From Gammaproteobacteria bacterium (lineage in GTDB: Bacteria > Pseudomonadota > Gammaproteobacteria > Eutrophobiales > Eutrophobiaceae), in assembly GCA_965243205.1 (NCBI GenBank), contig CBDEUK010000002.1, positions 1,504,001-1,568,000 of the forward strand: a stretch of DNA of 64,000 bases, in the 5' to 3' direction. Position numbers and translations under genes: made by a program. Positions 30,887 to 40,457 of the stretch are shown one piece after another. Position 1 is the first letter of the stretch. Each line of letters starts with the position of its first letter. Under the pieces are notes generated by a model. It was not told the DNA's origin. It did no database searches and worked only from the letters and a program-made list of their open reading frames with translations.

Positions 30887-32662
30887 TTGAAACAACGCAT
30901 TGCTGAACTGATACAACAATCTCTGGCCAAGATTCAAACTGAAGAATCGTTAGAATTTGCTGTTCCTGATTCAATTCAAGTTGAAACAACCCGCGACCCT
31001 ACTCATGGTGATTTTGCTAGTAATATAGCGTTAGTTTTGAGTAAACCTGCCAAAACACAACCTAGAAAACTCGCTGAACTAATCTGTAAACACCTTCCAA
31101 AATCTGCAGAAATATCTAAAGTTGAAATCGCTGGTCCTGGTTTTATCAACTTTTTTTTAGAACAGGCCACACAATTTTCTATCATTGAAAAGATACTGAC
31201 GGAAAAAAATACCTTTGGCCAAAGTGATTTTGGAAAGGATAAACCGGTTCTCATTGAATTTGTTTCAGCTAATCCGACAGGACCATTACACGTTGGTCAT
31301 GGTCGTGGGGCAGCTTATGGAGATGTCGTTGCGAATTTACTACAAGCTATCGGCTATAAGATAGATAGAGAATATTATGTCAACGATGCAGGTCGTCAAA
31401 TGGATATTCTTGCAGCAAGTGTTTACTTACGTTATCTAGAATTACATGGCAAACAAATAGAATTTCCAGCTAATGGATATCAAGGCGATTACATCATCGA
31501 CATCGCGCAGAGTTTAAAACAACAGTTTAATGACTCTCTACTTCACGATATTCATATTCCACATGTTAAGGAACCAATAGAGCCAACTGAAGAAGAAAAA
31601 GCTGAATATAAAAGACAACTTGAGATTGCCATGGATGAACTGATTCAATCATGTAAACAAGAGTTAGATTCGAATTATCAAACGATTCATGCGGCTGGTT
31701 TGGATTCAATTTTACAAAATATTCAAGACGACTTAAAAACATTTGGTGTTGAATTTGATCGATGGTATTCAGAACGATCTTTAAGCGATGAAAATAAAAT
31801 TTCTACTGCGTTAAATGTACTTGAGCAAAATAATCATATCTATGAGAAAGAAGGCGCTAAATGGTTTCGTTCAGAAGCCTTAGGCGATGAAAAAGATCGT
31901 GTTGTAGTCAGGGATAATGGAGAAGGAACATATTTCGCTTCTGATATCGCCTATCACTACGATAAACTAAATCGTCGCTATGACAAAATCATCGATATCT
32001 GGGGCGCTGATCATCATGGTTATATTGCGCGCGTCCGTGCTGCATTAAAAGCACTAGGACAAGACGATGACAAACTCGATATTCTTTTAGTACAGTTTGT
32101 ATCTCTGTTTCGTGGCAGCGAAAAAATCCAAATGTCTACGCGCTCTGGCCAGTTCATTACTTTAGAAGAACTGCGAGAAGATGTAGGAACAGATGCTACA
32201 CGTTTTTTCTATGTTATGCGTAAGAGTGAACAACATCTGGATTTTGATTTAGAATTGGCTAAATCACGTAATAAAGAAAACCCTGTGTATTATATCCAAT
32301 ACGCTCATGCGAGAATTTGCCGTTTACTGGAAAAACTTGAAAGTCAAGGTATCAAGATAGATATAAAAAATGATTTAGTTTTTTTACAAAACTTAATCGA
32401 AAGCAAAGAAACCGAATTACTCAAAACACTTGCTAAATATCCTGAAACGATCCAAAAAGCGGCTATTCAATACGAACCTCACAACTTAGTTTATTACTTG
32501 AAAGATTTGAGCAATGAGTTTCATACCTATTACGATACACATCGAATTCTTGACGAACCTGAAAACATACAAAAAGCACGTATCATTTTGTGTTTAGCTG
32601 TGAAACAAATCATTCAAAATGGTTTGGGCTTGTTAGGTGTATCCGCCCCGGAGAGTATGTAG
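30887..32662 (+). CDS. argS: Arginyl-tRNA synthetase
   Basis: HGDFASN, SANPTGPLHVGH, GADHHGY, MSTRSG, YIQYAHAR and APESM. Confidence 0.97.
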   Translation: MKQRIAELIQQSLAKIQTEESLEFAVPDSIQVETTRDPTHGDFASNIALVLSKPAKTQPRKLAELICKHLPKSAEISKVEIAGPGFINFFLEQATQFSIIEKILTEKNTFGQSDFGKDKPVLIEFVSANPTGPLHVGHGRGAAYGDVVANLLQAIGYKIDREYYVNDAGRQMDILAASVYLRYLELHGKQIEFPANGYQGDYIIDIAQSLKQQFNDSLLHDIHIPHVKEPIEPTEEEKAEYKRQLEIAMDELIQSCKQELDSNYQTIHAAGLDSILQNIQDDLKTFGVEFDRWYSERSLSDENKISTALNVLEQNNHIYEKEGAKWFRSEALGDEKDRVVVRDNGEGTYFASDIAYHYDKLNRRYDKIIDIWGADHHGYIARVRAALKALGQDDDKLDILLVQFVSLFRGSEKIQMSTRSGQFITLEELREDVGTDATRFFYVMRKSEQHLDFDLELAKSRNKENPVYYIQYAHARICRLLEKLESQGIKIDIKNDLVFLQNLIESKETELLKTLAKYPETIQKAAIQYEPHNLVYYLKDLSNEFHTYYDTHRILDEPENIQKARIILCLAVKQIIQNGLGLLGVSAPESM

Positions 32663-33279
32663 TGCCTAGAGACTACAAAAACGGTTTAAGTAAACCTGAA
32701 GAACAGTCATCGACTCCCAATGCTTTATTGACTTTTTTTATTGGGTTAACAGCAGGATTAACTCTTACTGCTGTTATATTTTTTATGATTAATTCAAATA
32801 CACCTTCGACGGATATTGCAAAAATAAAACCTATTGAAAAAATAGAAGAAGAGGTTGTAACCGTTGAACCTGAGCCAGAAAAAATCAGTTTAAGTGAGTT
32901 GGCTGAAAAGGAAAACCTTGAAGAACCAACGTATGAATTTTACAAAATTCTACCGAACCTTAAGATCAATGTTTCTGAATGGGAAGAGACACAGATGCCT
33001 GTTGAGGAATCTCAAACAACACAGTCTTCAGATAATATTGTGTATGTCTTACAAGTAGGTTCATTTCAAAAAATGGAAATGGCCGATCAAGTCAAAGCTA
33101 GATTGGCTTTATTAGGCATAAGTGCTGATATCCAGAGAGTGGTCATTAATGGCCAAGATGTGTTTCATCGAGTTCGAGTAGGACCATATAAAGACAACAA
33201 AAAACTTGAACAAACCAAAACCAGTCTTATAAACAATAATATGCCATTCGACTTATTAAAACTCTCAGTCAATCAATAA
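32662..33279 (+). CDS. SPOR-domain cell division protein (FtsN-like)
   Basis: Start reassigned to GTG 32662 (PRDYK). Single TM, YEFYKILP, LQVGSF and RVRVGPY; follows argS. Confidence 0.85.
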   Translation: MPRDYKNGLSKPEEQSSTPNALLTFFIGLTAGLTLTAVIFFMINSNTPSTDIAKIKPIEKIEEEVVTVEPEPEKISLSELAEKENLEEPTYEFYKILPNLKINVSEWEETQMPVEESQTTQSSDNIVYVLQVGSFQKMEMADQVKARLALLGISADIQRVVINGQDVFHRVRVGPYKDNKKLEQTKTSLINNNMPFDLLKLSVNQ

Positions 33280-33311
33280 GTTACGATTTAATCTTTTAAA
33301 TCAATAAGTTA
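33271..33311 (+). repeat. 13-bp direct repeat AATCAATAAGTTA x2 (tandem IHF-type sites)
   Basis: Exact copies at 33271-33283 and 33299-33311. Confidence 0.6.
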
Positions 33312-33472
33312 TATTTTTTATAGTAACTATTTCACGAATTTACCCACAAAAAATCACTTGTAATTTAATCTTGTGCTAATATATATCGTTAATAAATTTA
33401 TTTATTTCAGAAACTTAGAAGATAAAACTAGAAAGAACCAAGGTTAGGTGCCCGAAAACGCACGGGGTATTA

Positions 33473-33880
33473 ATGTCGAAAAATCCGAAAATTCCTAAGC
33501 CAAAAATTGCTGTCGTAGAGAGCAATAAGTCCGCTTTAAAAATTCACGAACGCAGCGCTGAAAAACTCGGCATTGAACTTATCTCCTTTCTCTCCGCTGA
33601 AGATTCGATGGAATATTTAAAAGATAATAAACCGGATTTACTTTTTTTAAGTATTATTCTCCCCGATCAAGATGGACTCACTTTTTTACGCGAACTTCGT
33701 AATAACCCAATCCACACAGAAACGCCTGTTGTCATGATCACCTCAAAAGATTATGCTCAAGATAGAACTCTAGCTGAAGAATTAGGTGCAACTGAATTCT
33801 TAGTAAAACCTGTGCCAATTCAAGCTATTAGTGATGTGATTTGTAAGCACACCGATGCTGTGCAAATCAATCCAAATTAG
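33473..33880 (+). CDS. Single-domain receiver protein, aspartate-less
   Basis: REC fold (PDLLFLSIILPDQDG, TPVVMITS, LGATEFLVKP). The phosphoacceptor position is Ser. Confidence 0.85.
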   Translation: MSKNPKIPKPKIAVVESNKSALKIHERSAEKLGIELISFLSAEDSMEYLKDNKPDLLFLSIILPDQDGLTFLRELRNNPIHTETPVVMITSKDYAQDRTLAEELGATEFLVKPVPIQAISDVICKHTDAVQINPN

Positions 33881-33913
33881 TATCCAATAGATAAATATAA
33901 CTATAATTACATT

Positions 33914-34825
33914 ATGAGTGATCGATATCTTCGTTTCTGGGGGGTCAGGGGTTCCTATGCGGCACCTTTTCCTACACATGTAAAAGTCGGCGGTAACACT
34001 TCTTGTGTAGAAATCCGCGATGGCGATAATTTGTTAATTTGCGATGCAGGAACTGGGATTATTCCACTTGGCAATGAACTGATGAAACAAGATAACATCC
34101 GCGACATGATGGTTATCCTTACCCATTATCATTGGGATCACATCTGTGGCCTACCTTTTTTTGTACCTGCATTTTCACCCGATTGGAACATTACTTTCTT
34201 TGGTCCAGGCCGTTCAAAAGAAGATATAGAAAAACACTTTTCCGAGCAAATGAAAGCGCCATACTTTCCTGTTAGTACAGAGACATGGCTAGCGAATATC
34301 AATTATAAAGTGCCCGAGCGCGGACCAATTAACTGGGGACGGATTTCCTTTAAATTCAGCAGCGTGCATCATCCTGGCGTGACCTATGGTTACAGAATAA
34401 AAGTAGGCGATAAAACCGTTATTTATATTTCCGATAATGAATGTCTATTCCTCGAAAAATCCATCACCATGCAGTATCAAAGCTTTAATGAAACAGAGAA
34501 AGAAATTTATGATGAGATGAAAAAAGAGGAATACCAATCGGAAGTCGACTTAGTAAAAGATGCTGATATCTTGATCCACGATGCACAATACACATTAGCA
34601 GATTATCGAAAAAAACGTGGTTGGGGACACTCTTGTTATATCGATACTGTTACGCTTGCAATGGATGCTAATGTAAAAACACTATATCTATATCATCATG
34701 ATCCAAATTATGATGATATGGAATTGCATAAGATTCATTTACACGCCTTACAAATCATTAAAAAACGTGGCTCTGATCTAAAATGCCACATCGCCTGCGA
34801 AGGCATGCAAGTTGATCTGAGTTAA
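33914..34825 (+). CDS. MBL-fold metallohydrolase (RNase Z-like / putative cyclic-nucleotide phosphodiesterase)
   Basis: FWGVRGS, GGNTSCVE, DAGTG, THYHWDH, HDAQY, GWGHS and HHDP. Confidence 0.85.
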   Translation: MSDRYLRFWGVRGSYAAPFPTHVKVGGNTSCVEIRDGDNLLICDAGTGIIPLGNELMKQDNIRDMMVILTHYHWDHICGLPFFVPAFSPDWNITFFGPGRSKEDIEKHFSEQMKAPYFPVSTETWLANINYKVPERGPINWGRISFKFSSVHHPGVTYGYRIKVGDKTVIYISDNECLFLEKSITMQYQSFNETEKEIYDEMKKEEYQSEVDLVKDADILIHDAQYTLADYRKKRGWGHSCYIDTVTLAMDANVKTLYLYHHDPNYDDMELHKIHLHALQIIKKRGSDLKCHIACEGMQVDLS

Positions 34826-34844
34826 TAACTGTTCTCTTTGTATT

Positions 34845-35042
34845 ATGAATGTCGTTGTTAATGGCGAACCTAAAGAAGTAAATGATTCCATCACCATTAG
34901 TGAACTGCTTACGCTACTAGAAATTGACGGTAAGATAGCTGTTGAACTCAATCAAGAAATTCTTCCAAAGAACATGCATAGTTCAACTAAGCTCCGATCT
35001 AATGACCAAATAGAAATCGTTAACGCCATTGGTGGTGGTTAG
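34845..35042 (+). CDS. thiS: Sulfur carrier protein ThiS
   Basis: 65 aa, VNGE, AVELN and C-terminal GG; precedes thiG. Confidence 0.93.
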   Translation: MNVVVNGEPKEVNDSITISELLTLLEIDGKIAVELNQEILPKNMHSSTKLRSNDQIEIVNAIGGG

Positions 35043-35070
35043 TGGTAAGGGCTAACGATATACTTTTAAC

Positions 35071-35865
35071 ATGACTCAAAATAATTCAGAAGATACCTTA
35101 TTAATCGATAACAAACCCTATCAATCTCGTTTGCTGGTTGGTACTGGTAAATATAAAGATTTAGACGAAACTGCAAATGCTATAGAAGCCAGTGGTGCCG
35201 AGATTGTGACTGTAGCAATTCGTAGAACCAATATCGGACAAAACAAGGATGAACCGAATTTATTAGAGGTGATTCCGCCCGATAAATATACCATCCTACC
35301 CAACACCGCAGGTTGTTACGATACGGACTCAGCGGTTAGAACTTGCCGCTTGGCTCGTGAATTATTGGATGGTCATGATCTTGTGAAACTTGAAGTTTTA
35401 GGTGATCAAAAAACCTTATTTCCCGATATACCCGCAACCTTAGAAGCTGCTGAGATTTTAGTTAACGATGGTTTTAAAGTGATGGTCTATACGACCGATG
35501 ATCCTATCATAGCTAAACGTTTTGAAGAGATAGGCTGTGTTGCAGTGATGCCATTAGCCGCACCTATCGGTTCAGGTTTAGGTATTCGGAATCCTTACAA
35601 CATTCGAACAATTGTCGAAAATGCTTTGGTTCCAATCTTAGTCGATGCTGGCGTAGGCACTGCTTCGGACGCAGCCATCGCAATGGAATTAGGTTGTGAT
35701 GGAGTATTAATGAACACCGCTATTGCTGAAGCAAAAAATCCTATTTTAATGGCATCTGCTATGAAAAAAGGCATTGAAGCTGGCAGAGAAGCTTACCTAG
35801 CAGGTCGAATGCCTAGGCGTGCTTACGCAAGTGCATCATCACCTATCGACGGTACTTTCTTCTAA
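35071..35865 (+). CDS. thiG: Thiazole synthase
   Basis: [29 protein letters not shown] and DAGVG. Confidence 0.97.
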   Translation: MTQNNSEDTLLIDNKPYQSRLLVGTGKYKDLDETANAIEASGAEIVTVAIRRTNIGQNKDEPNLLEVIPPDKYTILPNTAGCYDTDSAVRTCRLARELLDGHDLVKLEVLGDQKTLFPDIPATLEAAEILVNDGFKVMVYTTDDPIIAKRFEEIGCVAVMPLAAPIGSGLGIRNPYNIRTIVENALVPILVDAGVGTASDAAIAMELGCDGVLMNTAIAEAKNPILMASAMKKGIEAGREAYLAGRMPRRAYASASSPIDGTFF

Positions 35866-35876
35866 ACGCTTTTCTT

Positions 35877-36575
35877 ATGAGCGAAATACCAGCTCAACGC
35901 AGAGCTATACGAAGCTTTGTCAAACGTGATAGCCGCATCACATCTGCTCAAAAAGAAGCCATAGAACAACACTGGGAAACTTATGGAGTCGATTTCACTG
36001 CAAAGCCTATAAATCTACGAGATATCTATAATCGTACTGCCCCTAAAATTCTAGATATAGGCACCGGTATGGGTGATAGCACTCTTAGCTTGGCACAACT
36101 ACACCCGGAAAATGACTATCTCGCAGTTGAAGTTCATTTGCCTGGCGTTGGTAGTCTGATTCATAAGGCAGAAAAGTTACAACTTTCTAACATACGAATT
36201 ATTAATCGAGATATTCTAGATATATTGGAACATCAATTAGAAAATAATTCTCTCGATGAAATATGTATTTTCTTCCCTGATCCTTGGCATAAAAAACGTC
36301 ATCATAAAAGACGACTGATCAATATAGAATTTTTTCAGCTATTGTTAACTGTATTGAAACCCCACGGCCGAATCTTCATCGCAACTGACTGGCAGGATTA
36401 TGCAGAACATATTCTTGAAGCTAGCCGCAAAGTAAATGGGTTAATCAACCTTAGTGGAAATAACCAATTTGCTCCGAGACCTTATTGGCGGCCATTAACA
36501 AAATTCGAAAAAAGAGGAATAAATTTAGAACACGAGGTCTGGGATTTGGTATTTTGTAAGAAAAACAATGCTTAA
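35877..36575 (+). CDS. trmB: tRNA (guanine-N7) methyltransferase
   Basis: IRSFVKR, DIGTGMG, EVH, FPDPWHKKRHHKRR, ATDW and TKFE. Confidence 0.95.
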   Translation: MSEIPAQRRAIRSFVKRDSRITSAQKEAIEQHWETYGVDFTAKPINLRDIYNRTAPKILDIGTGMGDSTLSLAQLHPENDYLAVEVHLPGVGSLIHKAEKLQLSNIRIINRDILDILEHQLENNSLDEICIFFPDPWHKKRHHKRRLINIEFFQLLLTVLKPHGRIFIATDWQDYAEHILEASRKVNGLINLSGNNQFAPRPYWRPLTKFEKRGINLEHEVWDLVFCKKNNA

Positions 36576-36582
36576 AAATAGA

Positions 36583-36656
36583 GTGTTTCTGGTAAGCATT
36601 TCCAATTACTTCCACCAGAAACACAATTTCCTTTTCCAGTACAATCCTATTACTGG
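36583..36656 (+). terminator. Two hairpins after trmB (possible terminator)
   Basis: GTGTTTCTGGT/ACCAGAAACAC 11-bp stem (36583-36624) and CCAGTA/TACTGG stem (36636-36656). Confidence 0.4.
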
Positions 36657-36864
36657 CAATCGTCCAAACTATTTGGATTAAATAGTTTCCTTACCTCATA
36701 CAAAGAAGGAGCTACTACCTGATAACTATTATCAATAAAATTTTTATCACTTTATATAGCTCTAAAGTACTATTTTCAGTCGTTGACTAAACATGCCATG
36801 CTGTATTTAATTTAATATTTACCGAAAGTATATCCATGTTTTATCTATATTTTGAGCACAGTAG

Positions 36865-37530
36865 ATGATTACACAACACAGTAAACTTGTAATTGCTGAT
36901 GATCATGCCTTAATGCGTATGGCATTAAATGATTTAGTCAAAGACTTCTTACCTGAAGAAAATATTATTCAAATAGAAACACCTGAAACAATTATTGATA
37001 TTGTTAAATCTGATCCAGCAATTTCAACCATCCTGTTAGATTTATTTATGCCTGGGCAAGATATATTTTTGCTGCTATCAAAGCTTCTTGGTTTTAACCC
37101 AAAACTAACAGTCGTAGTAATCTCAGCCTCTGAAAAAAAACAACACATACGAAAAGCGTTAGAATTAGGTGCTAAAGGTTATATTCCAAAATCTTCTGAT
37201 ATGGAAACAATAAAAAATGCTCTAGCTAAAATCTTTACTGGAGAAAGTTACATTCCTAATTTAGAAGTGCACGAAGAAGAAACATTTGATGAAAGCTATG
37301 TACTAGAAAATACTAAAGCTTTCACCGCAGACCAAATAGAAACTTTATTAACGGATAGACAACTACAAATCTTCCAACTACTGGGGCAAGGAAAAAGTAA
37401 TAAAGAAATTGCAGCTAGAATGTATATTTCGATTAATACTGTAAAAATTCACGTTAGCGCTATTTTAAACTCACTTCAGCTTGAAAATCGTGCTCAAGCA
37501 GGCATTATTTCTCGTTCTATTTATCATTAA
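36865..37530 (+). CDS. NarL/LuxR-family response regulator
   Basis: IADDH, LLDLFMPG, GYIPK and HTH LTDRQ...GKSNKEIA...TVKIHV. Confidence 0.92.
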   Translation: MITQHSKLVIADDHALMRMALNDLVKDFLPEENIIQIETPETIIDIVKSDPAISTILLDLFMPGQDIFLLLSKLLGFNPKLTVVVISASEKKQHIRKALELGAKGYIPKSSDMETIKNALAKIFTGESYIPNLEVHEEETFDESYVLENTKAFTADQIETLLTDRQLQIFQLLGQGKSNKEIAARMYISINTVKIHVSAILNSLQLENRAQAGIISRSIYH

Positions 37531-37549
37531 TTCTAAATGACTATAAGAA

Positions 37550-39544
37550 ATGAAAATTACTCGCCTAATAAACAGTATAACTGCCATTATAATTCCGCTT
37601 TATATCACCTTATTAATCATTACTCGACCACTTAATGCTGAAGAATCAACCGATTATAGCGAGGATTTATTTTTCTCAGAGCCTCCATTAATCACTGACG
37701 CCTCACGTTTCTCCCAAAAACAAAAAGATTCAACTGTTTCTACTTCAGTGATTGATCAAGAAATGATCATGGCCTCAGGAGCCATTAATATTGTTGACTT
37801 ATTAAGACTCGTTCCAGGCTTTCAAGTCAGCCATGTTGATGGTGGAAATTTTTTAGCTTCCTATCATGGTTTAGCAAATGAAAACCCGTTCAGATTAGAG
37901 GTAAGAATTAACGGATTTACAGTCAATAATCAATTTACTGATGGCACTGTATGGCAAGCCTTAGGTATTGAAATTGAAGACATCGATCATATCGAAATAA
38001 CACGTGGTTCTAATTCATCAAATTTTGGATTTAATTCGCTCATTGCAAGTATTAACATCATTACGAAATCACCATTAAAAGAACAAGGGACTCAATTAAG
38101 GGCACTTGGTGGAAGTGCTGATACACAAGGATATTTATTAAGGCATGCGGGTAATATTGGTTCTGTTTATTTCAGAGGCGGATTTGATTATAAAAAATCC
38201 AGTGGCTTTGATGCTATTGATGATGATACTGATATTTATCAAGCATCTTTTAAATCGTATTATGCACCAACTCTTCAAGATGAAATTGAATATGAGTTTA
38301 CCTATCACACTGGATTAAATACCTTCGTTGATTTTGAAGAAGGCATTCCTGGCAGTGTTCGTAGAAATAAAACCATGCGACATTCAGTCTCATGGGATCA
38401 TGATTATAGTGGCAGTGATCATTTTCAGGTTCAAGCAACTTATGATCAATTCATTTCAGATTCAGATGATGTTCTAGTTTCACAAAATCCTTTATTACCA
38501 CTTACATCAAGAATTGGTGAACTAGAAGCAAACCGCTTTGATCTAGAAACCTCTTTTTTTAATCAACTTAATAATTCTGTTGAATGGTTATTTGGTGGAG
38601 GTGTACGACATTCAAATATTGATGGTGACACTGTATTACAAGGCAATCAAAGTTCTGTTTCCAGAACCAGTTACCGACTTTTCACAGGTATTAATTGGAA
38701 TATTTCTCAATCATTAAAATTCGAAAGCAGTGTTCTAATTTTTGATTCCAATATTGATGAATTCTCTATCTCTCCTAGAGCAGGCATCAATTATAAATTA
38801 TCACCTAACCATATCCTCAGAAGCAGTATTGCGTATTCGGAACGTTCTCCTGGATTATTAACTCAACATCAGTTTAGCCAGGATCCCAATGCAAACTTTA
38901 TATTTACCTCAGTAATTCCAAATCTTAGCAATGAAAAGCTTATTAGTGCTGATGTAGGCTATCGAGGAATATTTTTTAAATCAAAAATCATCTCTGACTT
39001 AAGAATTTTCTTTGAAAGTTTAAGAGATGGTATAGGTACTACAAGATTTGATCCAAATGGCTTAGGGGCATTATTTGGATCAGGTACCGCAGAAATAACA
39101 AATAATGAGCTTGATGCGAACACTTATGGTATTGAAACTGAAATAAAATATCGAATCAACCCGCAAGCCTTTATTCATTTAAATTACAGTTATGCCAATT
39201 CAAATGGATCCTTTGTTGAAGATAGTTTTAACAATACTATTGGTACTCTCGATAAAAGAACGCCAAAACATACCTTAGGTATTTTAGCCAGCCATCAATT
39301 TCAATACGGTTTTTTTGCCAGCACAGCTTATTATTATCAATCAGATTTACAATGGTTTGGCAATGATCAAAGAACAGCTTCTTACGATCGTTTAGATCTA
39401 AGACTAGGAAAAAATACAAAATTTTATGGTAAAGAAATAAATATAGAATTTTTATTGCAAAACCTATTAGATGATTATATTGAACACAGAGTAGGAAATG
39501 TGTTTGATACTCGAGCTTTTTTAAGGCTTGAACTGGAACTATAG
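37550..39544 (+). CDS. TonB-dependent receptor
   Basis: Plug motifs DLLRLVPGFQV and DIDHIEITRGSNS...INIITK, amphipathic beta-strands, and C-terminal RAFLRLELEL. Confidence 0.88.
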   Translation: MKITRLINSITAIIIPLYITLLIITRPLNAEESTDYSEDLFFSEPPLITDASRFSQKQKDSTVSTSVIDQEMIMASGAINIVDLLRLVPGFQVSHVDGGNFLASYHGLANENPFRLEVRINGFTVNNQFTDGTVWQALGIEIEDIDHIEITRGSNSSNFGFNSLIASINIITKSPLKEQGTQLRALGGSADTQGYLLRHAGNIGSVYFRGGFDYKKSSGFDAIDDDTDIYQASFKSYYAPTLQDEIEYEFTYHTGLNTFVDFEEGIPGSVRRNKTMRHSVSWDHDYSGSDHFQVQATYDQFISDSDDVLVSQNPLLPLTSRIGELEANRFDLETSFFNQLNNSVEWLFGGGVRHSNIDGDTVLQGNQSSVSRTSYRLFTGINWNISQSLKFESSVLIFDSNIDEFSISPRAGINYKLSPNHILRSSIAYSERSPGLLTQHQFSQDPNANFIFTSVIPNLSNEKLISADVGYRGIFFKSKIISDLRIFFESLRDGIGTTRFDPNGLGALFGSGTAEITNNELDANTYGIETEIKYRINPQAFIHLNYSYANSNGSFVEDSFNNTIGTLDKRTPKHTLGILASHQFQYGFFASTAYYYQSDLQWFGNDQRTASYDRLDLRLGKNTKFYGKEINIEFLLQNLLDDYIEHRVGNVFDTRAFLRLELEL

Positions 39545-39549
39545 TTCCC

Positions 39550-40455
39550 ATGAAAAGAATAAAATATATTTTATATTTTATTTTATTCCCGATATATATA
39601 TTGGCGCATCCATCTTTTGCATCTGAAATAAAAATAAGCCTTTTAATTTCTGATAACCCGCAAAGCCAATACGTTGCAAAAAAACTTCAATCAAAATTTT
39701 TCAGATCCGAAGAGAGTGTATCAATTGAAATTTCTAATATAAAAGATAAATTTTATACGAGTAATAACGATACTAGTTTAATTGTAAGTGTAGGCACAAA
39801 ATCTACAAATATTATATTTAATAACGATTCAAAAATACCAATATATAGCCTAATGGTGCCACGCGATATATATAATAATTTAATCAGCACCAAACAGTTA
39901 AAAAATCAATATTCTGCTTTATATCTCGATCAGCCATTTGAACGATATTTATTGTTACTTAAAAAACTCATGCCGAATGCTAAACGTATCGGGATCTTCA
40001 CTAATAACAATTTATCTGGAGAAAAAAGTTCTTATGAACTGATTGCCAAAGAATTAGATTTTGAACTGTTCATAAAACCAATTAATACGAACGAAAACCC
40101 TATTAACGAAATCAATCAATTATTCTCTAAAGTCGATGCAGTCTTGCTTCTACCAGAAAAAATAATTAATCAACTATCTGCAAAATGGATACTTTTCTCA
40201 GCTTTTCGAAATCAGAAACCTGTGGTTGGCTTCTCTAAAAAATTTCTCGATGCTGGAGCATTAGCGAGTATCCATAGTAACCTAGATGATCTTGTTGAAG
40301 AAGCATACCATGATATTTTATATTTTTTAGATAATAAAAAATTCAAAAATAACGCACATTATCCGAAAAGATATGAAATCAAGATTAATGAATCCGTTTC
40401 AAGAACGCTAAACTTATCGATAGATAAGAATAGTTTAATTATTGATGATTTTTAA
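39550..40455 (+). CDS. Orphan periplasmic solute-binding protein (ABC_sub_bind-like)
   Basis: Signal peptide, IVSVGT, LYLDQP, RIGI, PVVGFS..LDAGALAS and INESVSRTLNL. Confidence 0.75.
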   Translation: MKRIKYILYFILFPIYILAHPSFASEIKISLLISDNPQSQYVAKKLQSKFFRSEESVSIEISNIKDKFYTSNNDTSLIVSVGTKSTNIIFNNDSKIPIYSLMVPRDIYNNLISTKQLKNQYSALYLDQPFERYLLLLKKLMPNAKRIGIFTNNNLSGEKSSYELIAKELDFELFIKPINTNENPINEINQLFSKVDAVLLLPEKIINQLSAKWILFSAFRNQKPVVGFSKKFLDAGALASIHSNLDDLVEEAYHDILYFLDNKKFKNNAHYPKRYEIKINESVSRTLNLSIDKNSLIIDDF

Positions 40456-40457
40456 TC

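Noticed and set aside
32590-32661. Upstream TTG start of the SPOR gene
   Set aside because: Overlaps the argS 3' end; GTG 32662 gives the typical PRDY start.
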